Assembly (NCBI GenBank): GCA_003602575.1
Contig: QQRY01000001.1
Span: 6,856-70,855 of the forward strand
Source of the DNA: Candidatus Poseidoniales archaeon
GTDB lineage: Archaea > Thermoplasmatota > Poseidoniia > Poseidoniales > Poseidoniaceae
Length of the DNA stretch: 64,000 bases
Direction of reading: 5' to 3'
The notes under the pieces were generated by a model. It was given only the letters and a program-made list of their open reading frames with translations. It was not told the origin of the DNA and searched no databases. Position 1 is the first letter of the stretch. The number at the start of each line of letters is the position of its first letter. Below, piece by piece: positions 18,336 to 27,221 of this stretch. The position numbers were made by a program, and so were the translations under genes.

Positions 18336-19691
18336 ATGGAAAACTCAAATGACCAAGTGGTTGAAAAATTCACAGAAGCAGGCTTGGAAGAGAAGCATGC
18401 TAAACTGATAATCGATTTAGCGTGCCATCCACCTTCAAAAGCCAGTGAAATCGGTAAAAGAGTAGGAGTATCTAGAATGGATGCGTATAATTCACTGCGC
18501 AAATTGCAAGAGCAAGGCCTTGTAAAGGCTACTTTGGACAAACCAATACGATTTTTCGGAATGCGGATAGAAGAAGTATTCCAGCAGATAATTAGAATAA
18601 AGGAAATGGATCTACGTAGAATACAACATAATTTAGAAAATTTAAGTTCGAATTCAGAAATACCAATTATGTCTGTCGACCAAACATCCGACGAAGATAC
18701 ATTCTCAGTCCTCAAAGATCGTCATACAATAATGGCGACTATTGAATCGGTAGTTGCAGAATCGGAGGAGCAAATTTGGTTGCTTCTCGGTAGATGGGGG
18801 ATTTTGCATTTATTACGCTCCGGGGCTAAGGATGCAATCGAAGAAGCGATAAATCGTGGCGTAGATGTCAAGATAGTAGCGTGTATAGATAAGAAGACTA
18901 TTCGATTCTTTGATTCCTTAAACGATAGAATTGAAGTGCGTCATCATGAAGATTTTAATCTAAATGGCGTATTTGTTGATGAAGAAGTTGGGATACAATT
19001 TGTCCACACAGAAGATACTCCGACTGGGCGCGGAAAAGAAGATACTGCAATTCTTATTGAATCGGGAATGTTGTTGACTGCACAAAGTGAACTGCTTAAG
19101 ATTCAGTGGAGGGCAGCAAAATCATACCATTCTATTCGAAGTAAAATATTAGATGGGGTAATGACTGAGCCATTAAGACTAAGTCTGGGCGAAGGTTCAT
19201 TCTATGAGCACTTTAGAACTTCTCTACAAGCTGGAATGTCGCCAAAGCCGACAAGTAATGCTGTATTGAGGAAAAATGGTTCGGAAGTTAAGTTTGGTAA
19301 TGAACTGGAGAATGAAACATTATCGGCACTTGGAATAGACTCTGCGATTCTATTCGAGCACATAGGTAGTAGGATTGGTGAAGAACTGGCAGTAAAATTA
19401 CAACACATTTCGGATGATTCCTTATTTTGGGAAACAATAATTCAAGAATGGAGTGAAATGGGTATGGGTGAAATTGAAATTGATAAACTACCCCCGACAA
19501 AAATTATTGTTAAAGATGGTTCAGCATGCGGAGGAAATCCTAATACATCCAAGTTCTTTTGTAATCTAGATGAAAGCGTGTTAAGTGGTATTTTAATGGA
19601 ACGTCATGGACGTAAAGTATCCACTAGTAAGAGAGAATGTATGGAGACAAAAAATTGCTCCTGCTTCTATGAAATCAACTTTGAAGAGTGA
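18336..19691 (+). CDS. TrmB-family transcriptional regulator with a Cys-containing C-terminal domain
   Basis: N-terminal wHTH HAKLIIDLACHPPSKASEIGKRVGVSRMDAYNSLRKLQEQGLVKA is TrmB-like. The C-terminal ~70 aa (ACGGNPNTSKFFCNLDESV...CMETKNCSCFYE) has 4-6 Cys and may form a V4R-like or metal-binding module. Confidence 0.65.
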   Translation: MENSNDQVVEKFTEAGLEEKHAKLIIDLACHPPSKASEIGKRVGVSRMDAYNSLRKLQEQGLVKATLDKPIRFFGMRIEEVFQQIIRIKEMDLRRIQHNLENLSSNSEIPIMSVDQTSDEDTFSVLKDRHTIMATIESVVAESEEQIWLLLGRWGILHLLRSGAKDAIEEAINRGVDVKIVACIDKKTIRFFDSLNDRIEVRHHEDFNLNGVFVDEEVGIQFVHTEDTPTGRGKEDTAILIESGMLLTAQSELLKIQWRAAKSYHSIRSKILDGVMTEPLRLSLGEGSFYEHFRTSLQAGMSPKPTSNAVLRKNGSEVKFGNELENETLSALGIDSAILFEHIGSRIGEELAVKLQHISDDSLFWETIIQEWSEMGMGEIEIDKLPPTKIIVKDGSACGGNPNTSKFFCNLDESVLSGILMERHGRKVSTSKRECMETKNCSCFYEINFEE

Positions 19692-19745
19692 AAAATTGAT
19701 TAAAATTAAGCACAGGTTCATAGGTGAGAACCCGGTAGCATAGTC

Positions 19746-20126
19746 ATGGATTGTGGAACTTGTGAGACCAGTGCACCCTTAGAAATGCATAAACCGGAAG
19801 TTGTCGATGTAAATTTATCGATTTCAGATAATGCCGTCAAGATGTTAGGTGATGCTTTTGGGGATGACCGTTCAATGGCATTACTTGTAGGAGTTTTATC
19901 CGGAGGTTGTTCCGGTTATATGTATGATTTACAGATTGTCGAGACAACAGATATAGATTGTCAAGAGATCAACATCGATGGATTTAGAGTTCTAATTCCT
20001 AACTCATCCAGCCACTTACTTAACGGAATTCAAATCGACTATGAAGATAGACTGATGGGTGGAGGATTCAAGATTATAAATCCTAACGCCCAATCTTCAT
20101 GTGGCTGTGGAGAATCTTTTTCCTGA
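19746..20126 (+). CDS. A-type Fe-S cluster carrier (HesB/IscA/SufA family)
   Basis: LLVGVLSGGCSGYMY plus the C-terminal CGCGESF are the three-Cys IscA motifs. Alternative start at M14 (19785). Confidence 0.8.
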   Translation: MDCGTCETSAPLEMHKPEVVDVNLSISDNAVKMLGDAFGDDRSMALLVGVLSGGCSGYMYDLQIVETTDIDCQEINIDGFRVLIPNSSSHLLNGIQIDYEDRLMGGGFKIINPNAQSSCGCGESFS

Positions 20127-20135
20127 GGTCATCTC

Positions 20136-20840
20136 ATGCCCAAAGCGGCATTTAGCGATTCATATGTCACAATATGGAGAGGTGTTGATTGTCTAACTTT
20201 CTTAGATGGTTTGACATCTAATCAGGTCATTAATCTCAAGAAAAATCGTGTTGTTCAAAGTGCATTGTTAGATAAGAATGCCAAAATAATTGATTTTCTA
20301 ACCATCTTAAATCTCGGTGGCTTTTTGGCAATTATTGGACATAAAAATAATTTTCAGCCAATGCTAGATTTTGTTACACCAAAAATTTTGCAAAGTGATG
20401 TTAGTATTACCAATATTTCACAGTTAAACGATGTTGCAATTCTGTATGATGAAAAAACCTCTGAAGATATCGGTATTTGTGAATCTAAGGATGATGTAAC
20501 CTACGCAAGAATAAGTAAAGGTTTCACGTATTGTATCGCTGCTAAAAAAGTGAACTTCGGGGGTGAAGAGATCGATGAAAAATTCCATGAATGGAGAATT
20601 TCCAATCTAATGCCCTGGTATGAGTATGAGATAAATAATAAATCAACACCATACTCTTGTGGACTTAATCAATTTGTTCATGATTCAAAAGGATGCTACA
20701 CTGGGCAAGAAATACTAACAAGAATGAGAAGCAGAAATAGGGGTATAAAAGTTCTAAAAAGTATTCCGAATTCAAAAATAGATATAGAAAAAGTTACCAC
20801 AAAAGGCCTAGAGAATTCTCTAGTTATTGTAAATCAATAA
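20136..20840 (+). CDS. YgfZ-like folate-binding protein (GcvT fold, Fe-S cluster repair/assembly factor family)
   Basis: SKGCYTGQEILTR matches the YgfZ KGCYxGQE signature. Sits immediately downstream of the IscA-like gene. Confidence 0.7.
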   Translation: MPKAAFSDSYVTIWRGVDCLTFLDGLTSNQVINLKKNRVVQSALLDKNAKIIDFLTILNLGGFLAIIGHKNNFQPMLDFVTPKILQSDVSITNISQLNDVAILYDEKTSEDIGICESKDDVTYARISKGFTYCIAAKKVNFGGEEIDEKFHEWRISNLMPWYEYEINNKSTPYSCGLNQFVHDSKGCYTGQEILTRMRSRNRGIKVLKSIPNSKIDIEKVTTKGLENSLVIVNQ

Positions 20841-21772
20841 CCGAGAAGTTCTGATAACTGCGATTTATAGAAATTACCAGATTTTTGTAAACTGGATAAT
20901 TCTTCATCAGTCAAGTCCAATTCAATTATTCTCTCTATTCCGCCAGCACCAAGGATTACTGGGACGCCAATGTAGACATCGCTCAAACCATATTGGCCAG
21001 TTAGATGAGCTGAGGCTGGAATCATTCTTTTACGGTCATTCAAAACAGCCTCCGCCATAATGGCTGCTGCTGAACCAGGTGCATAGAAAGCAGAACCTCG
21101 TTCGAGAAGTTTGACTATTTCTCCACCACCTGATGCGGTTCTTTTACAAATTGCATCTATAGTTTCATCGTCTAACAAATGTGTAATTGAAATTCCACCA
21201 ACTGTAGTGAATCGAGGTAATGGAACCATAGTATCTCCATGCCCACCTAGAACCATTGCATGAACATCTTCTTCCGAACATCCTATTGCGTCGGCAACAA
21301 AATGAGTCATTCTTGCACTATCGAGAACTCCGGCCTGTCCACAGACACGATTTGCTGGAAATCCAGTGACTTTTTGCATGTGATATGTCATCAAATCAAG
21401 TGGATTTGTCACCATAATAATTGTTGAATTCGGGGCATGTTGCTTTATGCCTTCTCCGACTTGTTTAACAATCCCAGCATTCTTTGCGATCAAGTCTTCA
21501 CGCGTCATACCAGGTTGACGCGGAAATCCAGAAGTCACAACAACGACTTCTGCTCCAGCGATGTCTGAATAATCAGATGTTCCAGTCAAGTTCCCATCAT
21601 AATTCAAAACTTGACCATTTTGAGACATATCTAAGGCTTTACCCTTAGCAAAGCCTTCATAGATATCTAGCAAGACGATGTCTCCCAACTTTTTCTGTGC
21701 CAAAACAAATGCGCATGTTGCACCGACATTTCCCGCCCCAATAACTGCAATTTTTCTTCTCGAACCGCTCAT
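20834..21772 (-). CDS. mdh: malate dehydrogenase (LDH-like MDH family)
   Basis: KIAVIGAGNVGATCAF NAD-binding Rossmann motif. GGHGDTMVP. Catalytic region with R in PGMTR. Confidence 0.85.
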   Translation of the reverse strand: MSGSRRKIAVIGAGNVGATCAFVLAQKKLGDIVLLDIYEGFAKGKALDMSQNGQVLNYDGNLTGTSDYSDIAGAEVVVVTSGFPRQPGMTREDLIAKNAGIVKQVGEGIKQHAPNSTIIMVTNPLDLMTYHMQKVTGFPANRVCGQAGVLDSARMTHFVADAIGCSEEDVHAMVLGGHGDTMVPLPRFTTVGGISITHLLDDETIDAICKRTASGGGEIVKLLERGSAFYAPGSAAAIMAEAVLNDRKRMIPASAHLTGQYGLSDVYIGVPVILGAGGIERIIELDLTDEELSSLQKSGNFYKSQLSELLGY

Positions 21773-21799
21773 AAATAACCCTCGTTATTATATCCGTAT

Positions 21800-21900
21800 A
21801 GTTGGCCGTCAATAAGTTACATGGTTGTAAAAATTATATTTTCAAAGATGAAAATTTTGTTTTCAAGCGTCTTATCTAAAAACCCCCTATCATTGGCGTT
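21800..21900. promoter_or_regulatory. AT-rich divergent intergenic region between mdh and pntAA with TATA-like elements (e.g. AAATTATATTTT)
   Basis: 170-nt noncoding spacer between divergent genes. AT-rich, with TATA-like strings on both strands. Confidence 0.3.
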
Positions 21901-21941
21901 AAATGAGCCACAAGGTTTTGCGGCTCATGAGGTGTGAATCT

Positions 21942-23105
21942 ATGGAAATTGGAGTCCCTAAAGAACCTGCAAATGAATCTAGAGTAGCGATTGTTCCAGG
22001 TAGCATGAAGAAACTGATTAAAGCAGGTTTTGAGGTTCTTATCGAGAAGGGGGCAGGAATAAATGCTAATTATTCCGATGAGCAATACGAAGACCTTGGG
22101 GCAAAAGTAGTTTCTAGAAAAAAAGCACTTGAATGTGAAAATATTATTTGTATTAATTATCCTGGTCTTGATGGAATAAGCAAAGATACGAACTTGATAT
22201 GTGTTTCAGACCCATTTAGAAATCCTCAAAGTGTCAAGGAATGTATGGACGCAAATGTCACACTCATGTCAATGGATATGATTCCTAGAAGATTATCTAG
22301 AGCACAATCGATGGACGTGAACTCAAGTCAGGATAATCTTGCAGGATATAAGGCAGTACTTCTAGGTGCAGCAAATGTTCCAAGAGGAATACCAATGATG
22401 ACAACATCGGCTGGAACTGTTCGACCGGCAAAAGTCGTAGTAATGGGTAGCGGAGTTGCTGGTTTACAAGCGATTGCAACGGCCAAGAGGCTGGGGGCAG
22501 TAGTTTATGCCTCCGATGTTAGAAAATCTGCAGCAGAGCAGATTGAATCTGTTGGGGGGAGGTTCATAGAAGTTGATGGAATGGATGATTTCGAAGATGA
22601 ATCAGGATATGCAAAACCATTGACGCCTGAATTTATTCAAAAAGTAAACGATACAGTATGTGGTGTAGCTAAAGATGCAGACATTATTATCACTACAGCC
22701 AGAATCTTTGGTCGACCAGCACCAATAACTGTTCCTACATCAGCGGTTGAACAATTTAAATCGGGCGCTGTTGTTGTAGATATGAACGCAGATGTTGGGG
22801 GCAATTGTGAAAGTACTGTAGCAGGTGAAATAATCACAACCGATAATGGAGTAATTATTGTTGGCACTTCAAACTTGCCAGGAACATTGGCTAATACAGC
22901 AAGCATGCTTTTTTCAAATAATTTAACCACTTTCATTACATCACTTGTTGATGATGGCAAAGTGGTGATTTCAGAAGAGGATGATATTTTGGTAGGCGCA
23001 CCTGAAGGTTCAGATTTCTATGTTGGTGGAATGGGAGGAGTTTTAATTTGCCAAGATGGAAAAATTCACCATAAGCAAACTCGACTATCCGGGGTGATAG
23101 AATGA
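21942..23105 (+). CDS. pntAA: NAD(P) transhydrogenase subunit alpha part 1 (PntAA, AlaDH/PNT domain)
   Basis: VVVMGSGVAGLQAIATAKRLGAVVYASDVR dinucleotide-binding motif. GAGGTG Shine-Dalgarno 7 nt upstream of the ATG at 21942. The track start at 21903 is upstream of the SD. Confidence 0.85.
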   Translation: MEIGVPKEPANESRVAIVPGSMKKLIKAGFEVLIEKGAGINANYSDEQYEDLGAKVVSRKKALECENIICINYPGLDGISKDTNLICVSDPFRNPQSVKECMDANVTLMSMDMIPRRLSRAQSMDVNSSQDNLAGYKAVLLGAANVPRGIPMMTTSAGTVRPAKVVVMGSGVAGLQAIATAKRLGAVVYASDVRKSAAEQIESVGGRFIEVDGMDDFEDESGYAKPLTPEFIQKVNDTVCGVAKDADIIITTARIFGRPAPITVPTSAVEQFKSGAVVVDMNADVGGNCESTVAGEIITTDNGVIIVGTSNLPGTLANTASMLFSNNLTTFITSLVDDGKVVISEEDDILVGAPEGSDFYVGGMGGVLICQDGKIHHKQTRLSGVIE

Positions 23106-23413
23106 CACCAGAATTATTAATTGGAAGTTTAACATTATTTGTATTATCAATTTTCTTAGGTTTTGAACTGATTACTAAAGTTCCAGCAACCCTACATACT
23201 CCTCTAATGAGTGGTGCAAATGCTATTTCCGGAATTAGCATTGTAGGGGCTTTGATCGGTTCTAATGTCGCCTATGAAGCGGGTGATACTGTATTCTCAG
23301 GAATTCTCGCATTCGTTGCGGTTGTTCTAGCGATGATAAACGTCGTTGGTGGTTTTGCTGTCACCAATCGAATGCTGAATATGATTGCAGGAAGAAAGAG
23401 AGGAGGTGCTTGA
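23102..23413 (+). CDS. pntAB: NAD(P) transhydrogenase subunit alpha part 2 (PntAB, membrane)
   Basis: ~100-aa protein of three TM helices. ATGA overlap with pntAA. The position between pntAA and pntB is diagnostic. Confidence 0.8.
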   Translation: MTPELLIGSLTLFVLSIFLGFELITKVPATLHTPLMSGANAISGISIVGALIGSNVAYEAGDTVFSGILAFVAVVLAMINVVGGFAVTNRMLNMIAGRKRGGA

Positions 23414-23414
23414 A

Positions 23415-24836
23415 ATGGAGTTCGGAGATTGGACCTCACTGGGCTACCTACTTTCTGCAGCATTATTCATTTTTGGATTAAAACAACTTGGACATCCAAG
23501 AACTGCTCCGAGAGGAAATCAGTTAGGAGCACTTGGAATGCTAGTTGCTGTACTAACAACAGTACTGGATATGCAATTAGAAGGTGGAGCTCAGTGGACA
23601 TTGATTATCGCTGGTCTGGTGATTGGTTCTCTTATTGGCTATTGGATGGCTGTAAAGGTGGAAATGACAGGAATGCCAGAATTAGTTGCTTTGTTCAACG
23701 GATTTGGCGGCGCTGCATCTGCGCTAGTTGCATTATCTGAAATTTGGAAGTACATCGAGGGGGAATCAATCCCAACTGGACTTAAGTTGACAGTTACAAT
23801 GGTTGCTGCTGGACTTTCAGCAGTTGTAGGATGGATGACATTAACCGGTTCATTGCTTGCAATGTATAAGTTAAAAGGTGGAATAAGTGTATTTGGAAAA
23901 TGGATTAAAACTCCTACATGGGGGCCAAGTTGGCTTAATGGCGTTAAGATTTTACTTCTAATCGCTGCTGCTGTTTTGATCTATCTAACTATTGACGACC
24001 CAACAAATAAGCAATATATTTATTCGCTAATCGCAATTTCTGGATTACTAGGAATAATACTGGTATTACCAATTGGTGGAGCAGATATGCCGGTGGTTGT
24101 ATCATTGCTAAACTCACTATCTGGAATCGCTGCAGCATTTACAGGATTTATTATCAGTAATTCGGTTCTAATTGTCGCAGGTTCATTGGTTGGAGCTTCT
24201 GGATTGATTCTAACATTCATAATGTGCAAAGCAATGAATAGAACCTTACTTGATGTATTGTTCAAATCATTTGGCGGGGGAGGAGAAAAAGAATCACTAA
24301 CAAGGACAAAGGTCGGTTCTGATGCAGATGAAGTTGCAATGATGCTTGATGGCGCTCAAAAGGTAATCATAGTGCCAGGATATGGAATGGCAGTTTCTCA
24401 ATGCCAGCATCAAGTCAAAGAATTCGCTGACCTAATGAATGAAAAATTCGATACCGAAGTTAGTTATGCAATCCACCCTGTTGCAGGAAGAATGCCAGGG
24501 CACATGAATGTACTTTTGGCAGAGGCAAATGTTCCATATGAACAACTAATCGAGATGGATGAGATAAATTCTGAATTCCCTGATTGTGATGTAGCACTAG
24601 TCATCGGTGCTAATGATACAACCAATCCTGCAGCAAGGTCTGGAGAAGGACCTCTAGCAGGAATGCCTATCATTGATGCTGATATGGCTAGAACGGTGGT
24701 TATTGTCAAGCGTTCATTGTCAGTCGGATATGCAGGCGTTGACAATGATCTATTCTACATGGATAAGACGATGATGCTATTTGGTGATGGAAAGAAAATG
24801 ATAACGGAACTAAATAACTCAATTAAGGAGATTTAG
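23415..24836 (+). CDS. pntB: NAD(P) transhydrogenase subunit beta (PntB)
   Basis: Multi-TM N-terminal half then the soluble NADP(H)-binding dIII domain (GYGMAVSQCQHQV...HPVAGRMPGHMNVLLAEA...GANDTTNP). AGGAGG 8 nt upstream of the ATG at 23415. Confidence 0.85.
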   Translation: MEFGDWTSLGYLLSAALFIFGLKQLGHPRTAPRGNQLGALGMLVAVLTTVLDMQLEGGAQWTLIIAGLVIGSLIGYWMAVKVEMTGMPELVALFNGFGGAASALVALSEIWKYIEGESIPTGLKLTVTMVAAGLSAVVGWMTLTGSLLAMYKLKGGISVFGKWIKTPTWGPSWLNGVKILLLIAAAVLIYLTIDDPTNKQYIYSLIAISGLLGIILVLPIGGADMPVVVSLLNSLSGIAAAFTGFIISNSVLIVAGSLVGASGLILTFIMCKAMNRTLLDVLFKSFGGGGEKESLTRTKVGSDADEVAMMLDGAQKVIIVPGYGMAVSQCQHQVKEFADLMNEKFDTEVSYAIHPVAGRMPGHMNVLLAEANVPYEQLIEMDEINSEFPDCDVALVIGANDTTNPAARSGEGPLAGMPIIDADMARTVVIVKRSLSVGYAGVDNDLFYMDKTMMLFGDGKKMITELNNSIKEI

Positions 24837-24872
24837 AGGTTTGAAAAAGCAATGTTCAAAGGCATGCAATAG

Positions 24873-25847
24873 TTGGAAACTAATGGTGAGGTTATGTTGC
24901 GACGTTCTCCACAGTTACTGATTCTTTTGTTTACAGTACTCCTTATTGCTCCAGCACTTGCTATGCCAGGTGGACCTCCATGGAAAAATGGAGATGATTT
25001 AGTAGTCGAAACTGGTTGTTCATGCCATGGAGGAGGAGCACCTTCAACCGAAGTCGTTGTTTCAATTAGTGGAGTACCAAGAGCATATGAAATTGGGGAA
25101 ACATATAATTTTACAATTAGCCTTCAACATGCAACAAATTCTGAAGGAGGGTATATGCTTTGGGATTATAACTCAGGAACTTTAACACCTGGAGAAGGTA
25201 GCGCCAGTGTTGCAGAAGAGCCAGGTGCTGTTTCACAAAGTGCTGTTGGAAATGATTGGGTTGTCTTCTGGACTGCTCCTGATTCTGATATCGGAGAAGT
25301 GAGTTTCCAACTAGTAGGTAATGCTGTAAATGGTAACGGTGAATTCGATGAAGGCGATTTATGGAACATATTATCGTTTTCAATAAGTTCACCTGATACA
25401 GTATACCAAGATGATGATGAGTCACTAGCTGTTAGAACAATAAGCGTAGGAGATTATGACTCACTATTTGTTGTTACAGAAAATCCTGAAGCGATTGAAG
25501 CAGCTAGACAAGAAGGTATTGCAGATGATTTCTTCGACAATGGCAACCTATTCTATTGGACTACGCTAGCCATAATTATCGTAGGTGCAGTGATTCAGGG
25601 AGAATTCTATGAGAGAAAGTTTGGTGGAGGTCCGCCTCACTTGGATATGAGATTGGCGGTACCTCAAGGAGTTAGAAGAGGATTTTTGGCTGCGGGATTG
25701 ACATTGCTATTTGCTTGGTCATTAGACTCTGGGCAATCTTGGGGAGTTATTCTTCTTTGTTTGATGATAATGCTTTGGGCAATATTTGGAGTTTATCGTA
25801 CAATAGTACAAGCCAGAGCACCAAAACAATATACTGACTTAGTGTAA
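24873..25847 (+). CDS. hypothetical exported protein with three C-terminal TM helices; N-terminal signal carries an RR pair
   Basis: MLRRSPQLLILLFTVLLIAPALA signal-like N-terminus. An acidic beta-rich domain. Three hydrophobic helices near the C-terminus. Sits directly upstream of tatC. Confidence 0.5.
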   Translation: METNGEVMLRRSPQLLILLFTVLLIAPALAMPGGPPWKNGDDLVVETGCSCHGGGAPSTEVVVSISGVPRAYEIGETYNFTISLQHATNSEGGYMLWDYNSGTLTPGEGSASVAEEPGAVSQSAVGNDWVVFWTAPDSDIGEVSFQLVGNAVNGNGEFDEGDLWNILSFSISSPDTVYQDDDESLAVRTISVGDYDSLFVVTENPEAIEAARQEGIADDFFDNGNLFYWTTLAIIIVGAVIQGEFYERKFGGGPPHLDMRLAVPQGVRRGFLAAGLTLLFAWSLDSGQSWGVILLCLMIMLWAIFGVYRTIVQARAPKQYTDLV

Positions 25848-25865
25848 AATCGATGAGGACATACC

Positions 25866-27182
25866 ATGAGCTTGCAACTCGAGCAAGATGCCCAAGTTCC
25901 ATTACAGACGCACATTGATGAATTTTCATCAAGATTTGCAATAATGATTTTTATTTGGATAGTGGCTTCCATAATTTGGATCACTAATATCGACGCAATA
26001 TTGGAAAGAGTTGTACAAATAATTGACCCATGTATCGAAGAATGTACGAATTTGTATGAACCAGCAAAATGGAGCGAAATACGATGGTTATCAGGGGCAT
26101 TATTGGGATTTATCACAATAATTCCCGTAATAGTCTATCAAGCATTTATTTTTGCACGGCCTGGGATGATGAAAAATGAGTCTAATTGGTTAATTACATG
26201 GTTGGTTTTAGGTTCAATTGCTTTCATAGCAAATGTTGCTCTAACTGTATTGGTGATAATGCCATACTTGTTTGAAATTGGACATAATAACCATGTCAAT
26301 TTAGGCTTTGCTGCAAAATATGATGTTGTTGCAATGCTAACAATGGCGATGGCTGTAATTTGGGTAGAAGTGTTAGTTATTTCAGGTGCAATTGCTATGA
26401 TCATTGCGGGGCTAAATGGATTATTACATGAAGGTAATTCAAGATGGTGGAGATTAAGAGTTCATGGTATAATTTCAATGCTTATTTTACTTTCATTTTA
26501 CGGGCACTTTTCATTATCGATTTCACTAATGATAGTTAGTTTTTCATGCATTGAAATACTATCCATTCCATGGATTAAATCAAAATCAAATTTACAAATT
26601 TCAAGTCCAGAAATATTTGATGAATTTGGTATCACAAGAAAAATTCTTTTCGCACAATGCGAATGCAATAATGATTATATTATTTCAGAAGATTCTATAT
26701 CTAGCAATGCCTTTTTCTCATTCAAGTCCATTTGTACAAGTAAGAAGGAAAAAGAGAACTTATATGCAATAATTAATACAAATAAATTCACTGATTTTTT
26801 CATTTTTGGATGTAACTCTAAATCTCTGAATAATCAAATAGAGAATAATTTATTCACATCCAAATGTAAATTAAGAAATGATATGTCAAACCATAACCCA
26901 AAGAATTTTATTGATTTGGAGCATTATACACTTAATACAGGTTTTTTGATAGCCTCATTACAAGATCCTTGGAGTAGTGAACAATCGATTAGTAAAATTA
27001 TCGATCTAGTTAAAGAAAATAAAGATAGAAATTACATTATCAATGCAAGTGGGAGAGATATTTCCATTGATGGTAAAATCGATAGTGATGAGATACTGAT
27101 ACATATCAAGAAAGAAAATGAGAATGCCATAAAAAGTGAGTTAGAATTAATCGGCTGTAAATACAGAATTTGGGAATCATAA
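25866..27182 (+). CDS. tatC: Sec-independent (Tat) translocase TatC with a ~200-aa Asn/Lys/Ile-rich, Cys-containing C-terminal extension
   Basis: Six TM helices with TatC-like N-terminal (QTHIDEFSSRFAIMIFIW) and loop (VYQAFIFARPGMMKNE) motifs. GAGGA Shine-Dalgarno. From ~nt 26560 the DNA becomes far more AT-rich and encodes a soluble domain with CxC/Cys motifs (AQCECNND, FGCNSKS, SKCKLRN, IGCKYRIW). Confidence 0.7.
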   Translation: MSLQLEQDAQVPLQTHIDEFSSRFAIMIFIWIVASIIWITNIDAILERVVQIIDPCIEECTNLYEPAKWSEIRWLSGALLGFITIIPVIVYQAFIFARPGMMKNESNWLITWLVLGSIAFIANVALTVLVIMPYLFEIGHNNHVNLGFAAKYDVVAMLTMAMAVIWVEVLVISGAIAMIIAGLNGLLHEGNSRWWRLRVHGIISMLILLSFYGHFSLSISLMIVSFSCIEILSIPWIKSKSNLQISSPEIFDEFGITRKILFAQCECNNDYIISEDSISSNAFFSFKSICTSKKEKENLYAIINTNKFTDFFIFGCNSKSLNNQIENNLFTSKCKLRNDMSNHNPKNFIDLEHYTLNTGFLIASLQDPWSSEQSISKIIDLVKENKDRNYIINASGRDISIDGKIDSDEILIHIKKENENAIKSELELIGCKYRIWES

Positions 27183-27221
27183 TTGGCAAGATTTCAAACA
27201 TGTTCGCTATTAGCGTTAAAC

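Noticed and set aside
24980-25040. Possible c-type heme-binding site (GCSCHGG) in the protein at 24873-25847
   Set aside because: The motif is C-x-C-H, not the CxxCH needed for covalent heme attachment. No second ligand context. Kept only as an unexplained Cys/His cluster.
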